From Paludibacter sp. (GTDB taxonomy: Bacteria; Bacteroidota; Bacteroidia; Bacteroidales; Paludibacteraceae), in assembly GCA_027364655.1 (NCBI GenBank), contig DAHXOX010000071.1, positions 4,938-68,937 on the forward strand: a DNA stretch of 64,000 nt, read 5' to 3'. Made by a program: the position numbers and the translations under genes. Below are positions 50,992 to 61,690 of the stretch, piece by piece; the stretch's first letter is position 1, and each line of letters starts with the position of its first letter. Under the pieces are notes generated by a model, which saw only the letters and a program-made list of their open reading frames with translations, did not search any database and was not told where the DNA came from.

Positions 50992-53673
50992 TTACTCTAA
51001 CCAGTTAATTATCATGGCATCCAACATTGCCTGATTAATCTTGCCATTCATATTTTCATTGTAGGATTCAAAAGTAAGGGTTATCAGATGTTTTCCTTGA
51101 CTCAACGGTACGTGGACAGCATTACTAAAGCCCCAGTTTGACCATTCGTTAGTTCCTCTTTGCGGCAAAACGATTGCCCCTGCTTGTTTTCCATCGATCT
51201 TAAGTGTACGGATTGCACATTTGTTGTCTGTATTTATTGGGCCATTACCGTTGGCATAACGAAAATCAATTGCATAAAGGCCTGCTTTCTTCATCACCAC
51301 AGGGATGGAAATATTTCTATTTTTAGTTTTGCTTATTTCCACATAACCTTCACCCCAATAATTCTTGTAATTACAAGTAGCCTTAGGGGCATAATTCTCG
51401 ATTTCAAACTCTTTTGCGAATTTTTGATCATTATAAACAACAGGCTCACTTGCAAAAGAGGCTATTCCTCTTGCATCAAAAGCAACCACCTGATATTCTG
51501 CATAGTTTGAACCTTTCATTTTATATGACAGCCCAGATGTTTGGACTAACGGATGTCCGTTCTTCAGAATAGTATAACTGACAGCTCCCTTCACGGCATG
51601 CCACGAGAATATGCCATGAGAGATACTTCCAACAGGAAGATCAATACTGGTATAGTTGGCAACTTGATTCATTTTTGAATCCGATAATTCACTATTTGCC
51701 AACACAATATTTATGGTATGCATTCCGGTCAGTGAACATGGAATCGAAGGCTTTGCTGCTTTTCCATCTAATTCAAACGACTTAATTATGTTACCAAAAC
51801 CCTGCATTTCGATGTTCAGAACAGCTTTTCTGTATCTGAAATTAGTTAGCGAGCGGGTTCCTGCCAACGCCCTTGGCACAAAAGGATGGAAAAGAAGTCT
51901 ATCTTTTCTAAATTCAATTCCGAAAATTACTTTATAAATAAGGCTTAAATTACCTGAAAGACTCCACAACATGTTGCTGGAATTAATTTGCGTACCGGCA
52001 AAGTCGCCGCTGCTTGCAACAAAATTCTCTTTATTAGTAAGAAAAAGAGCAGCAGGACGATAAACAGCAGCTATCGACTCTAATACTGACTTTTCGTTAC
52101 CTGCTTTTGCTGATGCCAGCGCCCAATACGATTGCACAAATGGCCATACCGCATTGTTGTGATAAGGCGGAATACCTGGTATTTGTGGATAAATGCACGA
52201 AATGCCAAAATCGGTAATCGGTGTATTTTCTATCACCGATTTTTTCTGCCGTGCATCGGCAACATCGAATAACACACTCAGTGCTTCACCAAGCGCTTCA
52301 TCTCTTGGCGAAAGAATTCTATAATTTCGGCCATATAAATATTGCCCATAATATCCTTTGTCCTCCATCCACAACCATTTGTTTATTCCTGCTCTGATTT
52401 TCCCGGCTTGCTCCCTATAAAAAACAGCAGCCTTTGCATTATGCAACAAATCAGCCATTTTCGACAAAACAATATTTGCACGGTAATGAACCACATTCGT
52501 TCCCAAATCTTCCGATTGATAAATATCAGCCGGCTGCATCCACTTGGGATAAGTTTGTTCCCGCCAATCAAGAAACGTCGATTCTCCATGCACAAGTCCC
52601 GTGACATGATCATACGCATTTCTCATATCGTCATTCACCGAATTGAGGATGATGGCATAAGATTGCTTAAGCCAGGCAGTATCACCGGTAGCTTTGTAAA
52701 GTTCCCATGCTGCATCTGCCCAAATCATACGATCGGTTGAAACCGGATAAGCGCCGCCCGTCCCTGTATCCTGAATTATTCTTCCATCCTTCACCTTTCG
52801 CAACAGACTGTATTTAGCTACTTTGGGCTGCAAATAAGCCATTGACAAAATAATACTATAGCTAATATCACGCGTCCAAACTCCAGCCCACTCTTTTCCC
52901 GTTCGAAAAGTACTGTCAGGTTCAATTGCTTTTGTCATTTCCTCCAATGCCAGATTATATAAGGCATCTGATAGCGGGAAATCCGATTTGTATTGCGGAA
53001 ACGCCGAAACATCTTTTGAAAGTGCCCATTGGGATTTGGTTTTCTGCTCATTCCCTTTGGCATTCATAACAAGTGTGGTTTCGTAAATACCATCACCGTC
53101 AGGATCTTTCAATTGATATTCAGGTTGCTTTCCAAGATTGTTAAAATCCCATGACAAAGGACGCGTTCCTCCAGCAATATATACTCCTTTAAAATCAGCC
53201 CTGTACAATTTATCCCCATTGTAAAGCGTATAATAGCCTTTCTCATTAAACGCCTTTAACACCTCACGCATATCAAGACGAATAATCCATCTGGTATTAG
53301 GAGCCAAGTTAACTCCATTCGTCACCGGAATCGTATCAATAGACGGGTTACCAAACTGAACCGTGGTTACACATTCCCCATTCCTGGGTTGTAACGTAAT
53401 CCAATGATGTTCCTGAGAACGCATTTCATTATCACGCAAGTTAATACTGAATTTAAAACAGATTGTCGGACTATATCTTTCGGATTCAGGGCTTTGATAA
53501 TTTGAGGATAATGCAGTGTTTGACAAAGCTTCTGCTCTAAACTTGCCCTGTTCCACCCGATTTCCATAAACAGTATAAGCATTCGACTCATAAATTGTTC
53601 GTGAAGTCTGTGCCAGCGACACCTGAAGCGAACAACAACCAAGCATTGCCAGAAATAAATTACGTAGCGCCAT
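50992..53673 (-). CDS. Secreted multi-domain glycoside hydrolase with an (alpha/alpha)6-barrel-like catalytic domain and putative CBMs
   Basis: Signal peptide; LKDPDGDGIYETTL (CBM48/20-like); VWTRDISYS, GESTFLDWRE and YHNNAVWPF as in amylo-alpha-1,6-glucosidase/MGH1-like enzymes; C-terminal FRYANG...W..W module (CBM6/35-like). Confidence 0.75.
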   Translation of the reverse strand: MALRNLFLAMLGCCSLQVSLAQTSRTIYESNAYTVYGNRVEQGKFRAEALSNTALSSNYQSPESERYSPTICFKFSINLRDNEMRSQEHHWITLQPRNGECVTTVQFGNPSIDTIPVTNGVNLAPNTRWIIRLDMREVLKAFNEKGYYTLYNGDKLYRADFKGVYIAGGTRPLSWDFNNLGKQPEYQLKDPDGDGIYETTLVMNAKGNEQKTKSQWALSKDVSAFPQYKSDFPLSDALYNLALEEMTKAIEPDSTFRTGKEWAGVWTRDISYSIILSMAYLQPKVAKYSLLRKVKDGRIIQDTGTGGAYPVSTDRMIWADAAWELYKATGDTAWLKQSYAIILNSVNDDMRNAYDHVTGLVHGESTFLDWREQTYPKWMQPADIYQSEDLGTNVVHYRANIVLSKMADLLHNAKAAVFYREQAGKIRAGINKWLWMEDKGYYGQYLYGRNYRILSPRDEALGEALSVLFDVADARQKKSVIENTPITDFGISCIYPQIPGIPPYHNNAVWPFVQSYWALASAKAGNEKSVLESIAAVYRPAALFLTNKENFVASSGDFAGTQINSSNMLWSLSGNLSLIYKVIFGIEFRKDRLLFHPFVPRALAGTRSLTNFRYRKAVLNIEMQGFGNIIKSFELDGKAAKPSIPCSLTGMHTINIVLANSELSDSKMNQVANYTSIDLPVGSISHGIFSWHAVKGAVSYTILKNGHPLVQTSGLSYKMKGSNYAEYQVVAFDARGIASFASEPVVYNDQKFAKEFEIENYAPKATCNYKNYWGEGYVEISKTKNRNISIPVVMKKAGLYAIDFRYANGNGPINTDNKCAIRTLKIDGKQAGAIVLPQRGTNEWSNWGFSNAVHVPLSQGKHLITLTFESYNENMNGKINQAMLDAMIINWLE

Positions 53674-53734
53674 TTTTGGATTTTTAGTTGATTAATACCG
53701 AAAAAAATTCGGGCAAAAGCATTTCATTTTGCGG

Positions 53735-55492
53735 TTAATTGTACTCAACAACCACCATATCCCAATATTGAAGGCTTGGCAAAGTAAACACAACGTTCCC
53801 GCCTGTTTGCGTGAAGGATAATACTTGTGGCGTACCATCTTGATAATCAGGAGAAGCCATCCATACATTCTTTACTGTTTTGGTGGTTGAAAACGACACC
53901 TTTGTATTCACAATGGCATCGGGAGTCGGTTGCGTACCATTCGTATCACGCCAGTTGAGACTGTTTGCATTGGTGAAATTCAACAAATGAATTACTTGCT
54001 CATTCCCCAAATCCTTACCAAATACTGCCACGCTTCCAATTTGAGGCGGCCACTGGTTAAGGACCATTTTCCCGTCCAAACATGCAACTGATGGTGTGTT
54101 TGTGATGCCTCCATCTCGCAACAAGTTTTCGTAAGCCACCAGAAAATCGTAATAATGAATCAATGCGTCCCGTAAATCGCCTTTCATTTGCAGGTTATTG
54201 TTCGGAAAATATTCTTTGTCTAACATGTGCTCTCCCAGTTCGAGATGAGAACCACCAAAAGCAAATATCACCGCATCAGTCATTAGAACTCCTGGAGTAT
54301 TGAAAAAACCAGTGGAATTAGCCAGGTCATAATCCATATAGGCCGCAAGCGTTGTTTTCTTAGTATTATTGCTGTACCCGTTGTTATTGGCAATAATAGT
54401 TGCCAAATCAGCATATCCGTCATTAGGACTCCAAACTTCGGTGTAAAGAAAATCCACCGGAGAATCGGCTATGTTTTGCTGCCCAAACTGATTCACAGCA
54501 TTCATCACCAATCGTTTATTTGGCTGATCAACTTTCATAGCTTTGATAAAACTTTCGAATCCTGAAGGCAGATTTACAAGCTGGCCTGAATAATTGTACA
54601 ACGTGCCCAAATCTCCCAATTGATCGATATGATAACCGTCAAAATCCAGAACTTTATACACGTCATCGGTTTTGTCGGCAATATATTGCTGCCAGGCGGT
54701 ATTAAAAGGATCAAGCACCCAAATGTAACTTTTGAACATGGAAGGGTCGAGTTTAAAAACTTTCTTATTGACATGGTACTTGTCTGTGTAGACATACCAT
54801 GTATCGGAAACCCCGTCTGCAGCAGCATCGCTTAAAGCTCCGTATATCAGGTTATACGACATGGCCTTCATGTTGCAAGCATGTGCTGCATCTATGTATC
54901 CTTTTACCGTAGAAAGATAGGTATTCCGTTTACCAATATCCTGCCATTCGCTGGCCGGATTTGTTACCGTACCTGCAAGGGGTTGATGGTGTTCGTATTC
55001 CCAATCATAAAACTGTAACCCGTTAATATGATGCCTATTCAGGTCGTTGATCACGTAATCAATTGCAGATGTGGTCATTTGTGGATAAGCCGACAAAAAA
55101 CCGTAACGTGGGAAGTGTGACCAATCAGATGAGACGTCCACTCCTATACTACCATAAATTACTTCCTTTCCATTTACCGTATCGAAAACATCGGCCATGT
55201 AACCTGTAAAATCAGTACTCGGCGCTGTCCATTGCCAGGTAGTTCCCGAAAGAGTGTTCACAGCAACCACATTCGACAAATGACGATATCGCACTTTTGC
55301 CGTTTCCGGAAGCGAATGGTCAATAGTAAAAGTCACCACATCATTTGGAGAATAGCAGGCCTTATCGGTAGCAATTATAACAGACGTAGCTGCGTTTTGA
55401 ACAGGAGATAAGGGAATATTATTGCCTTTGCTGCACGAAGTAGTAAGCATCGAAAAGACAAAAAACAAATACACAAACGGAGAGAGTCTCAT
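53735..55492 (-). CDS. GH66 dextranase (cycloisomalto-oligosaccharide glucanotransferase family) lipoprotein
   Basis: Lipobox LTTSC; PRYGFLS, LQFYDW, DGYHIDQLG (nucleophile Asp), LYTEVW (acid Glu), GGSHLELG and YYDFLVAYENLL motifs. Confidence 0.92.
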   Translation of the reverse strand: MRLSPFVYLFFVFSMLTTSCSKGNNIPLSPVQNAATSVIIATDKACYSPNDVVTFTIDHSLPETAKVRYRHLSNVVAVNTLSGTTWQWTAPSTDFTGYMADVFDTVNGKEVIYGSIGVDVSSDWSHFPRYGFLSAYPQMTTSAIDYVINDLNRHHINGLQFYDWEYEHHQPLAGTVTNPASEWQDIGKRNTYLSTVKGYIDAAHACNMKAMSYNLIYGALSDAAADGVSDTWYVYTDKYHVNKKVFKLDPSMFKSYIWVLDPFNTAWQQYIADKTDDVYKVLDFDGYHIDQLGDLGTLYNYSGQLVNLPSGFESFIKAMKVDQPNKRLVMNAVNQFGQQNIADSPVDFLYTEVWSPNDGYADLATIIANNNGYSNNTKKTTLAAYMDYDLANSTGFFNTPGVLMTDAVIFAFGGSHLELGEHMLDKEYFPNNNLQMKGDLRDALIHYYDFLVAYENLLRDGGITNTPSVACLDGKMVLNQWPPQIGSVAVFGKDLGNEQVIHLLNFTNANSLNWRDTNGTQPTPDAIVNTKVSFSTTKTVKNVWMASPDYQDGTPQVLSFTQTGGNVVFTLPSLQYWDMVVVEYN

Positions 55493-55509
55493 GAGTAATT
55501 AATTTAAGA

Positions 55510-55562
55510 AAAAACAGAGAAAGGGTTGTCTGATTCTCATACAAAACCCTTTCCCTGTTTTC
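55510..55562 (-). terminator. Intra-PUL terminator-like hairpin between susE and GH66
   Basis: ACAGAGAAAGGGTT/AACCCTTTCCCTGT stem with a T6 run downstream on the minus strand. Confidence 0.7.
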
Positions 55563-55569
55563 AATGATG

Positions 55570-57027
55570 TTATTGTTTTTGAATGCTTATTGATAGCGTT
55601 TCCACGTTTGCTGTAATAACGTAATTGCCAGCCGCAGTAATTGTCCACTTATTATCGTCGGAAGCACCACCGACATGTCGATACATGTGCGTATTGTCAA
55701 CCATCATATACATATCCTGCCCCCAATCGGTATTTCGGTTTACAGGAAACTTGAACTGTCCGGCTACTAAAGGACCGCTATATGTAAAAATACAACCATC
55801 TGTAGCATCTTCTGTTAAAGCAATTGCCTGACCGATATCCCAACCAATAGGAGTAGCATCCCCTACTATGTAAAGTTCAGTACGTTGAATTTTGACCGTG
55901 TTATCTGCCAGATTCAGCGTTAGCGTGTAATATCCTTTCTTTGCTATTGTCCATTGGTTGTCATCAGAAGCTCCTCCTTGGTGTAAATACATGGTAGAAT
56001 CGTTAACCCGCATGTACATGTTTTGCCCCCATGATGTACTTGTATTGACTGGAAATTTAAATGTCCCTGCATTCAAAACTCCTTGATAAGTAAAAATAAA
56101 CGGATTGCTAATACTCTGAACTAATGGAGTAGCGTTTGCTATATCCCATCCGTTCGGAGCGGCACTTCCTACAAGATATAGGGTACTGTAAGGTGGCGCT
56201 GTCGCCTTGGCAATGGAGATAGTTGAATCCAAAAGACTTACGGTAATCTTATATAATCCTGCTGCCGGAATAGCAAACTTATTATCAGGTTGGCTATTGT
56301 CAGTACGATAAACAATGTGAGTGGAATCGGCACCTTCGTTATAAGAAGGCAAGAATTGCCCCAAGGTTGTAATGAATTTTAAGGCACCGGCATTTAATGA
56401 CCCTTGATAAACAAACACGGTAGGATCTGTAATACTTGGAGTCAGGGCAATAGCCGTATTGGCATCCCAACCATTGGGAGAAGCATCACCAAGCAGATAC
56501 AAAGTTTTGCTAACCGGTTGATATGGCGTCACGTTCATATACACTGATCCGGAAACATCATTTGTCATTGGTGCAGAATATACCGTATCAATGACCCGTG
56601 CTTCAAGCTGTGCAACAACTCCCGCCTGAAAATTCCAGTGATTGAGCAAAGAATCATTCAGTTCGGCAACGGTGAAACTCTTCGTATAAATTCCTTTCCC
56701 CATATTAAACTGAATCGCTGTCGCAAAATTATTGCCTTTCTTATCTATTTGCAATACATAAGCAATGGAAGATCCTGTGCCATGATTTGTTCCTGTTGTC
56801 CAATTCAAGGTCAGTGCAGTTGAATTATCATTTTTCTGAGCCAATACAAGATTGTCAGTCGATGAAGTAATGGCTAATGGACCAGCCACAGCTATATTAT
56901 TCATCAAATTATCCTGACAGGAACTCATCATCATAGCAATAATAAAAAACAGAATGCTGCAGGAACAAAATGCAAGGCTTGCGCGCACATGTTGCACACG
57001 AATGTGCATTATAGTGTGTTTTTTCAT
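55570..57027 (-). CDS. susE: SusE/SusF-like surface glycan-binding lipoprotein
   Basis: Lipobox MSSC, SusE-like N-terminal domain, three repeats of LY(L/I)(L/V)G(D/S)A.P.GWD. Confidence 0.88.
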   Translation of the reverse strand: MKKHTIMHIRVQHVRASLAFCSCSILFFIIAMMMSSCQDNLMNNIAVAGPLAITSSTDNLVLAQKNDNSTALTLNWTTGTNHGTGSSIAYVLQIDKKGNNFATAIQFNMGKGIYTKSFTVAELNDSLLNHWNFQAGVVAQLEARVIDTVYSAPMTNDVSGSVYMNVTPYQPVSKTLYLLGDASPNGWDANTAIALTPSITDPTVFVYQGSLNAGALKFITTLGQFLPSYNEGADSTHIVYRTDNSQPDNKFAIPAAGLYKITVSLLDSTISIAKATAPPYSTLYLVGSAAPNGWDIANATPLVQSISNPFIFTYQGVLNAGTFKFPVNTSTSWGQNMYMRVNDSTMYLHQGGASDDNQWTIAKKGYYTLTLNLADNTVKIQRTELYIVGDATPIGWDIGQAIALTEDATDGCIFTYSGPLVAGQFKFPVNRNTDWGQDMYMMVDNTHMYRHVGGASDDNKWTITAAGNYVITANVETLSISIQKQ

Positions 57028-57056
57028 TTTACTTTAGTGTTTAATGTGGAGATTGA

Positions 57057-58532
57057 TTAATAACCGGGGTTTTGTACTAAGTTTGGATTCGCGTCAATAT
57101 CTACCTGAGGAATTGGCATCAAAAGAAATTTAGTATTCATATTTAGTTTCCCAATAGAATGCAGAAAATCAATACCATACTGACCATTGTTAACACGGAT
57201 CAGATCGAACCAGCGTTGCCCTTCAAAAGCTAATTCCATGCGACGCTCATGCAGTATTTTATTTCTCATATCGCTTTGTGAAAGTCCGCTTATGGCTCCC
57301 AATCCGGCACGGGCGCGAACTTCATTCAAAGGCTCCTCAGCTTGGGATGTTTGTCCCATTTCATTCAACGCTTCAGCCTTCATTAAAAGAACATCTGCAT
57401 AACGCAATACAGGAAAATCTTCAGGACTATTGTTGTATGATGATGCTATTGACATGGGTACTAAAAATTTTCGCACATTATATCCGGTAGTGGAATAGCT
57501 GCTTGAATAATCCATGCCGTTAAATTGTGGACATCCCTGGTAAAAAATTGTCACATCCTTTCGCAAATCACCTGGCTCGTAAGAATTGACAAACTCTTGT
57601 GTGGGTTGATTCCAACCCCAACCACCGGCAACCATATTAGAGCCGCGTGGCCCCATAAACGTACTTGTCCAGGAAGCTTGGTTTTCGTTTGCCCAGAAAT
57701 TATAAGCTACGCTTCCCGAATATTGTATCTCAAACAATGACTCCTTCGAATTTTTTGTAAGCGGATTAAAATTGTCTGCATAGTTTGCATCCAAAGCATA
57801 ACCTAAACCCTTTACCGAATCACTAAGAGTGACTACCCGTTGCCAATTGCCAAGGGTAAGAAAAACCTTTGCAAGCATTCCTTCCGCCGATCCTTTTGAA
57901 GCACGGCCAACATCAGAACCCGAATAACTCTCACGAGGAGGTAGCAGTGTTATTGCACTAGAAAAATCGGAAATAATTTGATTATAGACTTCTGCTTTAG
58001 GTGTTCTTGCAGGACGTAGGTTATCTCCGGGCGTTACTGGTTTTGTAACTAACGGTACATCTCCAAAAAATCGTACCAGAATGAAATAATAGAGACCGCG
58101 AAGAAAATGTGCTTCTCCTAACACCCTGTTTTTTAATGTTGTATTAATATTCATACCGGGAACTTCTTGTAATATAATGTTACAACGGAGTATGCCTGGC
58201 CATGGCCCCCGCCATAAATCGAGCACACCGGCATTGTCAGGTGCTGTAACAAAATTAGCTTCTTCCTGTGTTTCTATTCCATCCGTTCCCCCACCGGCGC
58301 CCACAACACTGTTGCCGGCATAGATATCGGATGTCCACATGCGCATGTTGTACAACTTCGGCCACTGTAGAGGCTGATACGCACCGTTAATAGCAGAAAC
58401 AGCGTCGCCTTCCGTCTGGAAAAAATTGGATGTATTGATAGAATCTTCCGGCGCTTTGTTCAGAAAATCATTACTGCATCCCATTAATGTCACAGACAAA
58501 ATAAAGATTGATAAATACACTATGTATTTCAT
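57057..58532 (-). CDS. susD: SusD/RagB-family nutrient-binding lipoprotein
   Basis: Lipobox LMGC; GEAHFLRGLYYFILVRFFGDVP, RYADVLLMKAEA and ERRMELAFEGQRWFDL motifs. Confidence 0.97.
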   Translation of the reverse strand: MKYIVYLSIFILSVTLMGCSNDFLNKAPEDSINTSNFFQTEGDAVSAINGAYQPLQWPKLYNMRMWTSDIYAGNSVVGAGGGTDGIETQEEANFVTAPDNAGVLDLWRGPWPGILRCNIILQEVPGMNINTTLKNRVLGEAHFLRGLYYFILVRFFGDVPLVTKPVTPGDNLRPARTPKAEVYNQIISDFSSAITLLPPRESYSGSDVGRASKGSAEGMLAKVFLTLGNWQRVVTLSDSVKGLGYALDANYADNFNPLTKNSKESLFEIQYSGSVAYNFWANENQASWTSTFMGPRGSNMVAGGWGWNQPTQEFVNSYEPGDLRKDVTIFYQGCPQFNGMDYSSSYSTTGYNVRKFLVPMSIASSYNNSPEDFPVLRYADVLLMKAEALNEMGQTSQAEEPLNEVRARAGLGAISGLSQSDMRNKILHERRMELAFEGQRWFDLIRVNNGQYGIDFLHSIGKLNMNTKFLLMPIPQVDIDANPNLVQNPGY

Positions 58533-58552
58533 ATGAATTTGTGTTTAGAATA

Positions 58553-61500
58553 TTAAAAACCAAGATTAACGCCCATGCTTACAGTACGCGTAACAGGATA
58601 AACGTTATTGTCTATTCCACTTGCCCCGACTTCAGGATCAAAGCCCGTGTATTTTGTTAATGTATATAAGTTTTCGGCTGAGATATAAATGCGGGCAGAA
58701 GCAATTGAAAGAGGCTTTAAGAGTTTTTGCGGTATCGTATAATTAAGCGTTACGTTCTTAATTCTCAAATAAGAGCCATCTTCAATATATCTGTCGGACG
58801 GGCGGGTATTTTCATTTGGATCGTTGTACACGGCACGAGGCATAGAGTTGCTTGTTCCGGGTCCTGTCCAGCGGGTTAGCACTGCCGTTGTCTGGTTATA
58901 TGCCGCATACATACTTTCATCATAAAGCCGATTGGCATTCAATATTTTATTTCCGGCAACTCCTTGCAGGAAAATGCTTAAATCAAACCCCATATATGAA
59001 AACGTATTGCTTAATGAAAAAATGAATGTCGGATTTGGATTTCCCAAAAAAGTTCGGTCTTTACCATTGATCACTCCATCGTTATTAAGATCTTTGAACC
59101 GTATATCCCCGGGAGAAGTGCGATTATACGGATCATTCCCTGGAACTTGTAATGCATGGCTATTCACCTCAGCCTGAGTCTGAAAAATACCATCGGTTAC
59201 ATATCCGTAAAACTCATTAATAGGTTGTCCGGCCTGTATCAGTGCTAAGTTATAATTCAATCCGATACTCCCTGTTGGCATAGGCACAGTGTCATTGATA
59301 CTGATTACTTTGTTCTGATTGTAGGAAATATTGAAAGAGGAAGACCATTTAAATTTACCGGTCAAATTCTTGGTATTTACAGACAGTTCCACTCCCTTAT
59401 TTTCCATTTTACCGGCATTGATGGAAGGCACGTATACATCGGAGTAACCTGTCGTAATTGGAACGGACATAGGCACTAACATCTTATCTGTGTACTTGAG
59501 ATAACCATCCAGCGTGAAATTAATTCTATCATTCAGGAGTATGGCGTCAATCCCGATATTGGTTTGTTTTTGTTCCTCCCATTGCACATTAGGGTTGGGC
59601 ATTACATTAGGCACCACAGCCGACACAATAGAATTGTTGAAGTTGTATGCTATAGTTTGTAAAGCTGAAGCAAACGAATAATTACCGATTTGCTGGTTAC
59701 CTGTGACACCGAAGCCTGCACGTAGTTTAAGATCATCCACGAAACGAATGTTTTTGAAGAAATCTTCTTTTGAAATCCTCCATGCTGCCGACCCGGAAGG
59801 AAACATTCCCCATTTATTTCTACTTCCAAAACGGGAAGATCCATCCCTGCGTAACGTTGCTGTAACAAGATATTTCTCTGCATAATTGTAATTCACACGC
59901 CCCATGTAGGATAATAATGACCAACTGCTTTCGTCTCCGCCAACGGTTGGGTTGGTGGTGCCATTAGTCATTTGCTGGGTTAGATCACTGGCAAATCCCT
60001 GAATAGAGCCATTCAAGAAATTATATTGGTTCTCCTGGGCGCTCGTTCCGACCATGGCGGTCACATGATGTTGTCCAAACTGTTTGTCGTAAGTAAGCGT
60101 GTTATCCCAATTCCATGTGAAACTCTTATTATATTGTTCACTAAGATATGCATTTGGATTGATGCTGGTATCCCACGAATATTCTGGCGCCCAGGTTCTG
60201 CTGTCCCATAAATTCCCTTGAAGACCTGCAGTAGATTTCAGTTTTAGCCCTTTAATTATCTCCAGCTCTCCATAAATCGATCCGATGATATTGTACCCAT
60301 TTGTAGCATTATCCACAGTTTTTGCCAAACCAATCGGATTAACAAGATCACCATCCCATATCGGCTGTGCAACAGGACCTGAATACGATCCGTTAGCTCT
60401 GTAAATAGGTTGAGTTGGTAAGGCCAGCATGGCATTCTGAATGCTATAATTTCCATTTGTTCTGATATCATGGTTCAAGGTAAGACTATTGCCAAATCGC
60501 AGGTTGCTCAACAACTGATCATCTGCATTAAATTGCAGTGTGAGCTTCTTATAGCCGGTATTGACAACTATGCCGTTTTGATCAATATAATTACCTGAAA
60601 CATAATAATTTGATTTGTCATTGCCTCGTGAGTACGAGAATGAAAGATTGTGCATTGGCGCAACATTGAAAAGCGCTCCAAGCCAATCAGTGCCTTTCCC
60701 TAAAGAAGCAGGGTTAGCATAAGCCGGATCTCTTGCCAGACCGGCATTGTCCATCATATCATTATGTAATGCAGCAAATTGTGCAGCATCCAACATGTGT
60801 ACAGTTTTTGCCGCTTGCTGAAGCCCAAAATAATAGTTCAGGTTTATCTGCGGTTTTGAGTCATTTTTACCATGTTTTGTGGTCACAATCACAACGCCAT
60901 TTGCACCCTGAGAACCATAAATGGCTGTAGCGGAAGCATCTTTTAATATCTGAACAGACTCAACATCGTTCATGTTCAGTTCTCCCAATCCGCTTGACAC
61001 TGGAACACCATCGATCACATAAAGAGGAGAAGCGTCATTGATAGTCCCCACCCCGCGTATAAGAACTGTCGGATCGCTACCAGGTACTCCGGAAGAAATA
61101 ATCTGCACTCCGGCAGCCCTACCCTCTAAAGCATCACCAATCGTTGCAACGGGTATTGAATTCAGATCTTTGGGTTCAATCACGGCAACCGACCCTGTTA
61201 AATCTTTTTTGCGCTGCGTTCCATAGCCCACCACTACCACTTCATCAAGTGCTTTGGATTCTTCGGTCATTACAATATGAAGTGGAGCATCACCTTTCGG
61301 AACAATTTCTTGTGAAGAAAATCCCACATACGAAAATCGAAGAACAGGATTCTTAATCGTTTTGTTCGAAAGAGTGAATTTTCCGTCAGCATTGGTTATT
61401 GTACCTATAGAGGTTCCTTCAAACACAACACTGACACCAATAAGCGCCTCGCCTTTAGCATCGACCACCGTGCCGGTGATCATTCCCGTAGTCTGGGCTG

Positions 61501-61603
61501 TTAATCCCTGCGAGATGAATAGCATACAACATATCATCACTATGCTGTATGACACTTTTTTTAGATATACCATTGATTTGAAATTTAAGGTTGTTACTTT
61601 CAT
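58553..61603 (-). CDS. susC: SusC/RagA TonB-dependent transporter
   Basis: N-terminal carboxypeptidase-regulatory-like domain, VVVGYGTQ, plug LKDASATAIYGSQGANGVV, C-terminal Phe. An alternative start is ATG 61573. Confidence 0.98.
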   Translation of the reverse strand: MKVTTLNFKSMVYLKKVSYSIVMICCMLFISQGLTAQTTGMITGTVVDAKGEALIGVSVVFEGTSIGTITNADGKFTLSNKTIKNPVLRFSYVGFSSQEIVPKGDAPLHIVMTEESKALDEVVVVGYGTQRKKDLTGSVAVIEPKDLNSIPVATIGDALEGRAAGVQIISSGVPGSDPTVLIRGVGTINDASPLYVIDGVPVSSGLGELNMNDVESVQILKDASATAIYGSQGANGVVIVTTKHGKNDSKPQINLNYYFGLQQAAKTVHMLDAAQFAALHNDMMDNAGLARDPAYANPASLGKGTDWLGALFNVAPMHNLSFSYSRGNDKSNYYVSGNYIDQNGIVVNTGYKKLTLQFNADDQLLSNLRFGNSLTLNHDIRTNGNYSIQNAMLALPTQPIYRANGSYSGPVAQPIWDGDLVNPIGLAKTVDNATNGYNIIGSIYGELEIIKGLKLKSTAGLQGNLWDSRTWAPEYSWDTSINPNAYLSEQYNKSFTWNWDNTLTYDKQFGQHHVTAMVGTSAQENQYNFLNGSIQGFASDLTQQMTNGTTNPTVGGDESSWSLLSYMGRVNYNYAEKYLVTATLRRDGSSRFGSRNKWGMFPSGSAAWRISKEDFFKNIRFVDDLKLRAGFGVTGNQQIGNYSFASALQTIAYNFNNSIVSAVVPNVMPNPNVQWEEQKQTNIGIDAILLNDRINFTLDGYLKYTDKMLVPMSVPITTGYSDVYVPSINAGKMENKGVELSVNTKNLTGKFKWSSSFNISYNQNKVISINDTVPMPTGSIGLNYNLALIQAGQPINEFYGYVTDGIFQTQAEVNSHALQVPGNDPYNRTSPGDIRFKDLNNDGVINGKDRTFLGNPNPTFIFSLSNTFSYMGFDLSIFLQGVAGNKILNANRLYDESMYAAYNQTTAVLTRWTGPGTSNSMPRAVYNDPNENTRPSDRYIEDGSYLRIKNVTLNYTIPQKLLKPLSIASARIYISAENLYTLTKYTGFDPEVGASGIDNNVYPVTRTVSMGVNLGF

Positions 61604-61690
61604 TTCCAGATAGTTGTTTTTTTAAATGATTGATAATTTACACGTAGAATAACTCTGCCAACAGAATTAGGCCGGTTGAGTTACTAAATT

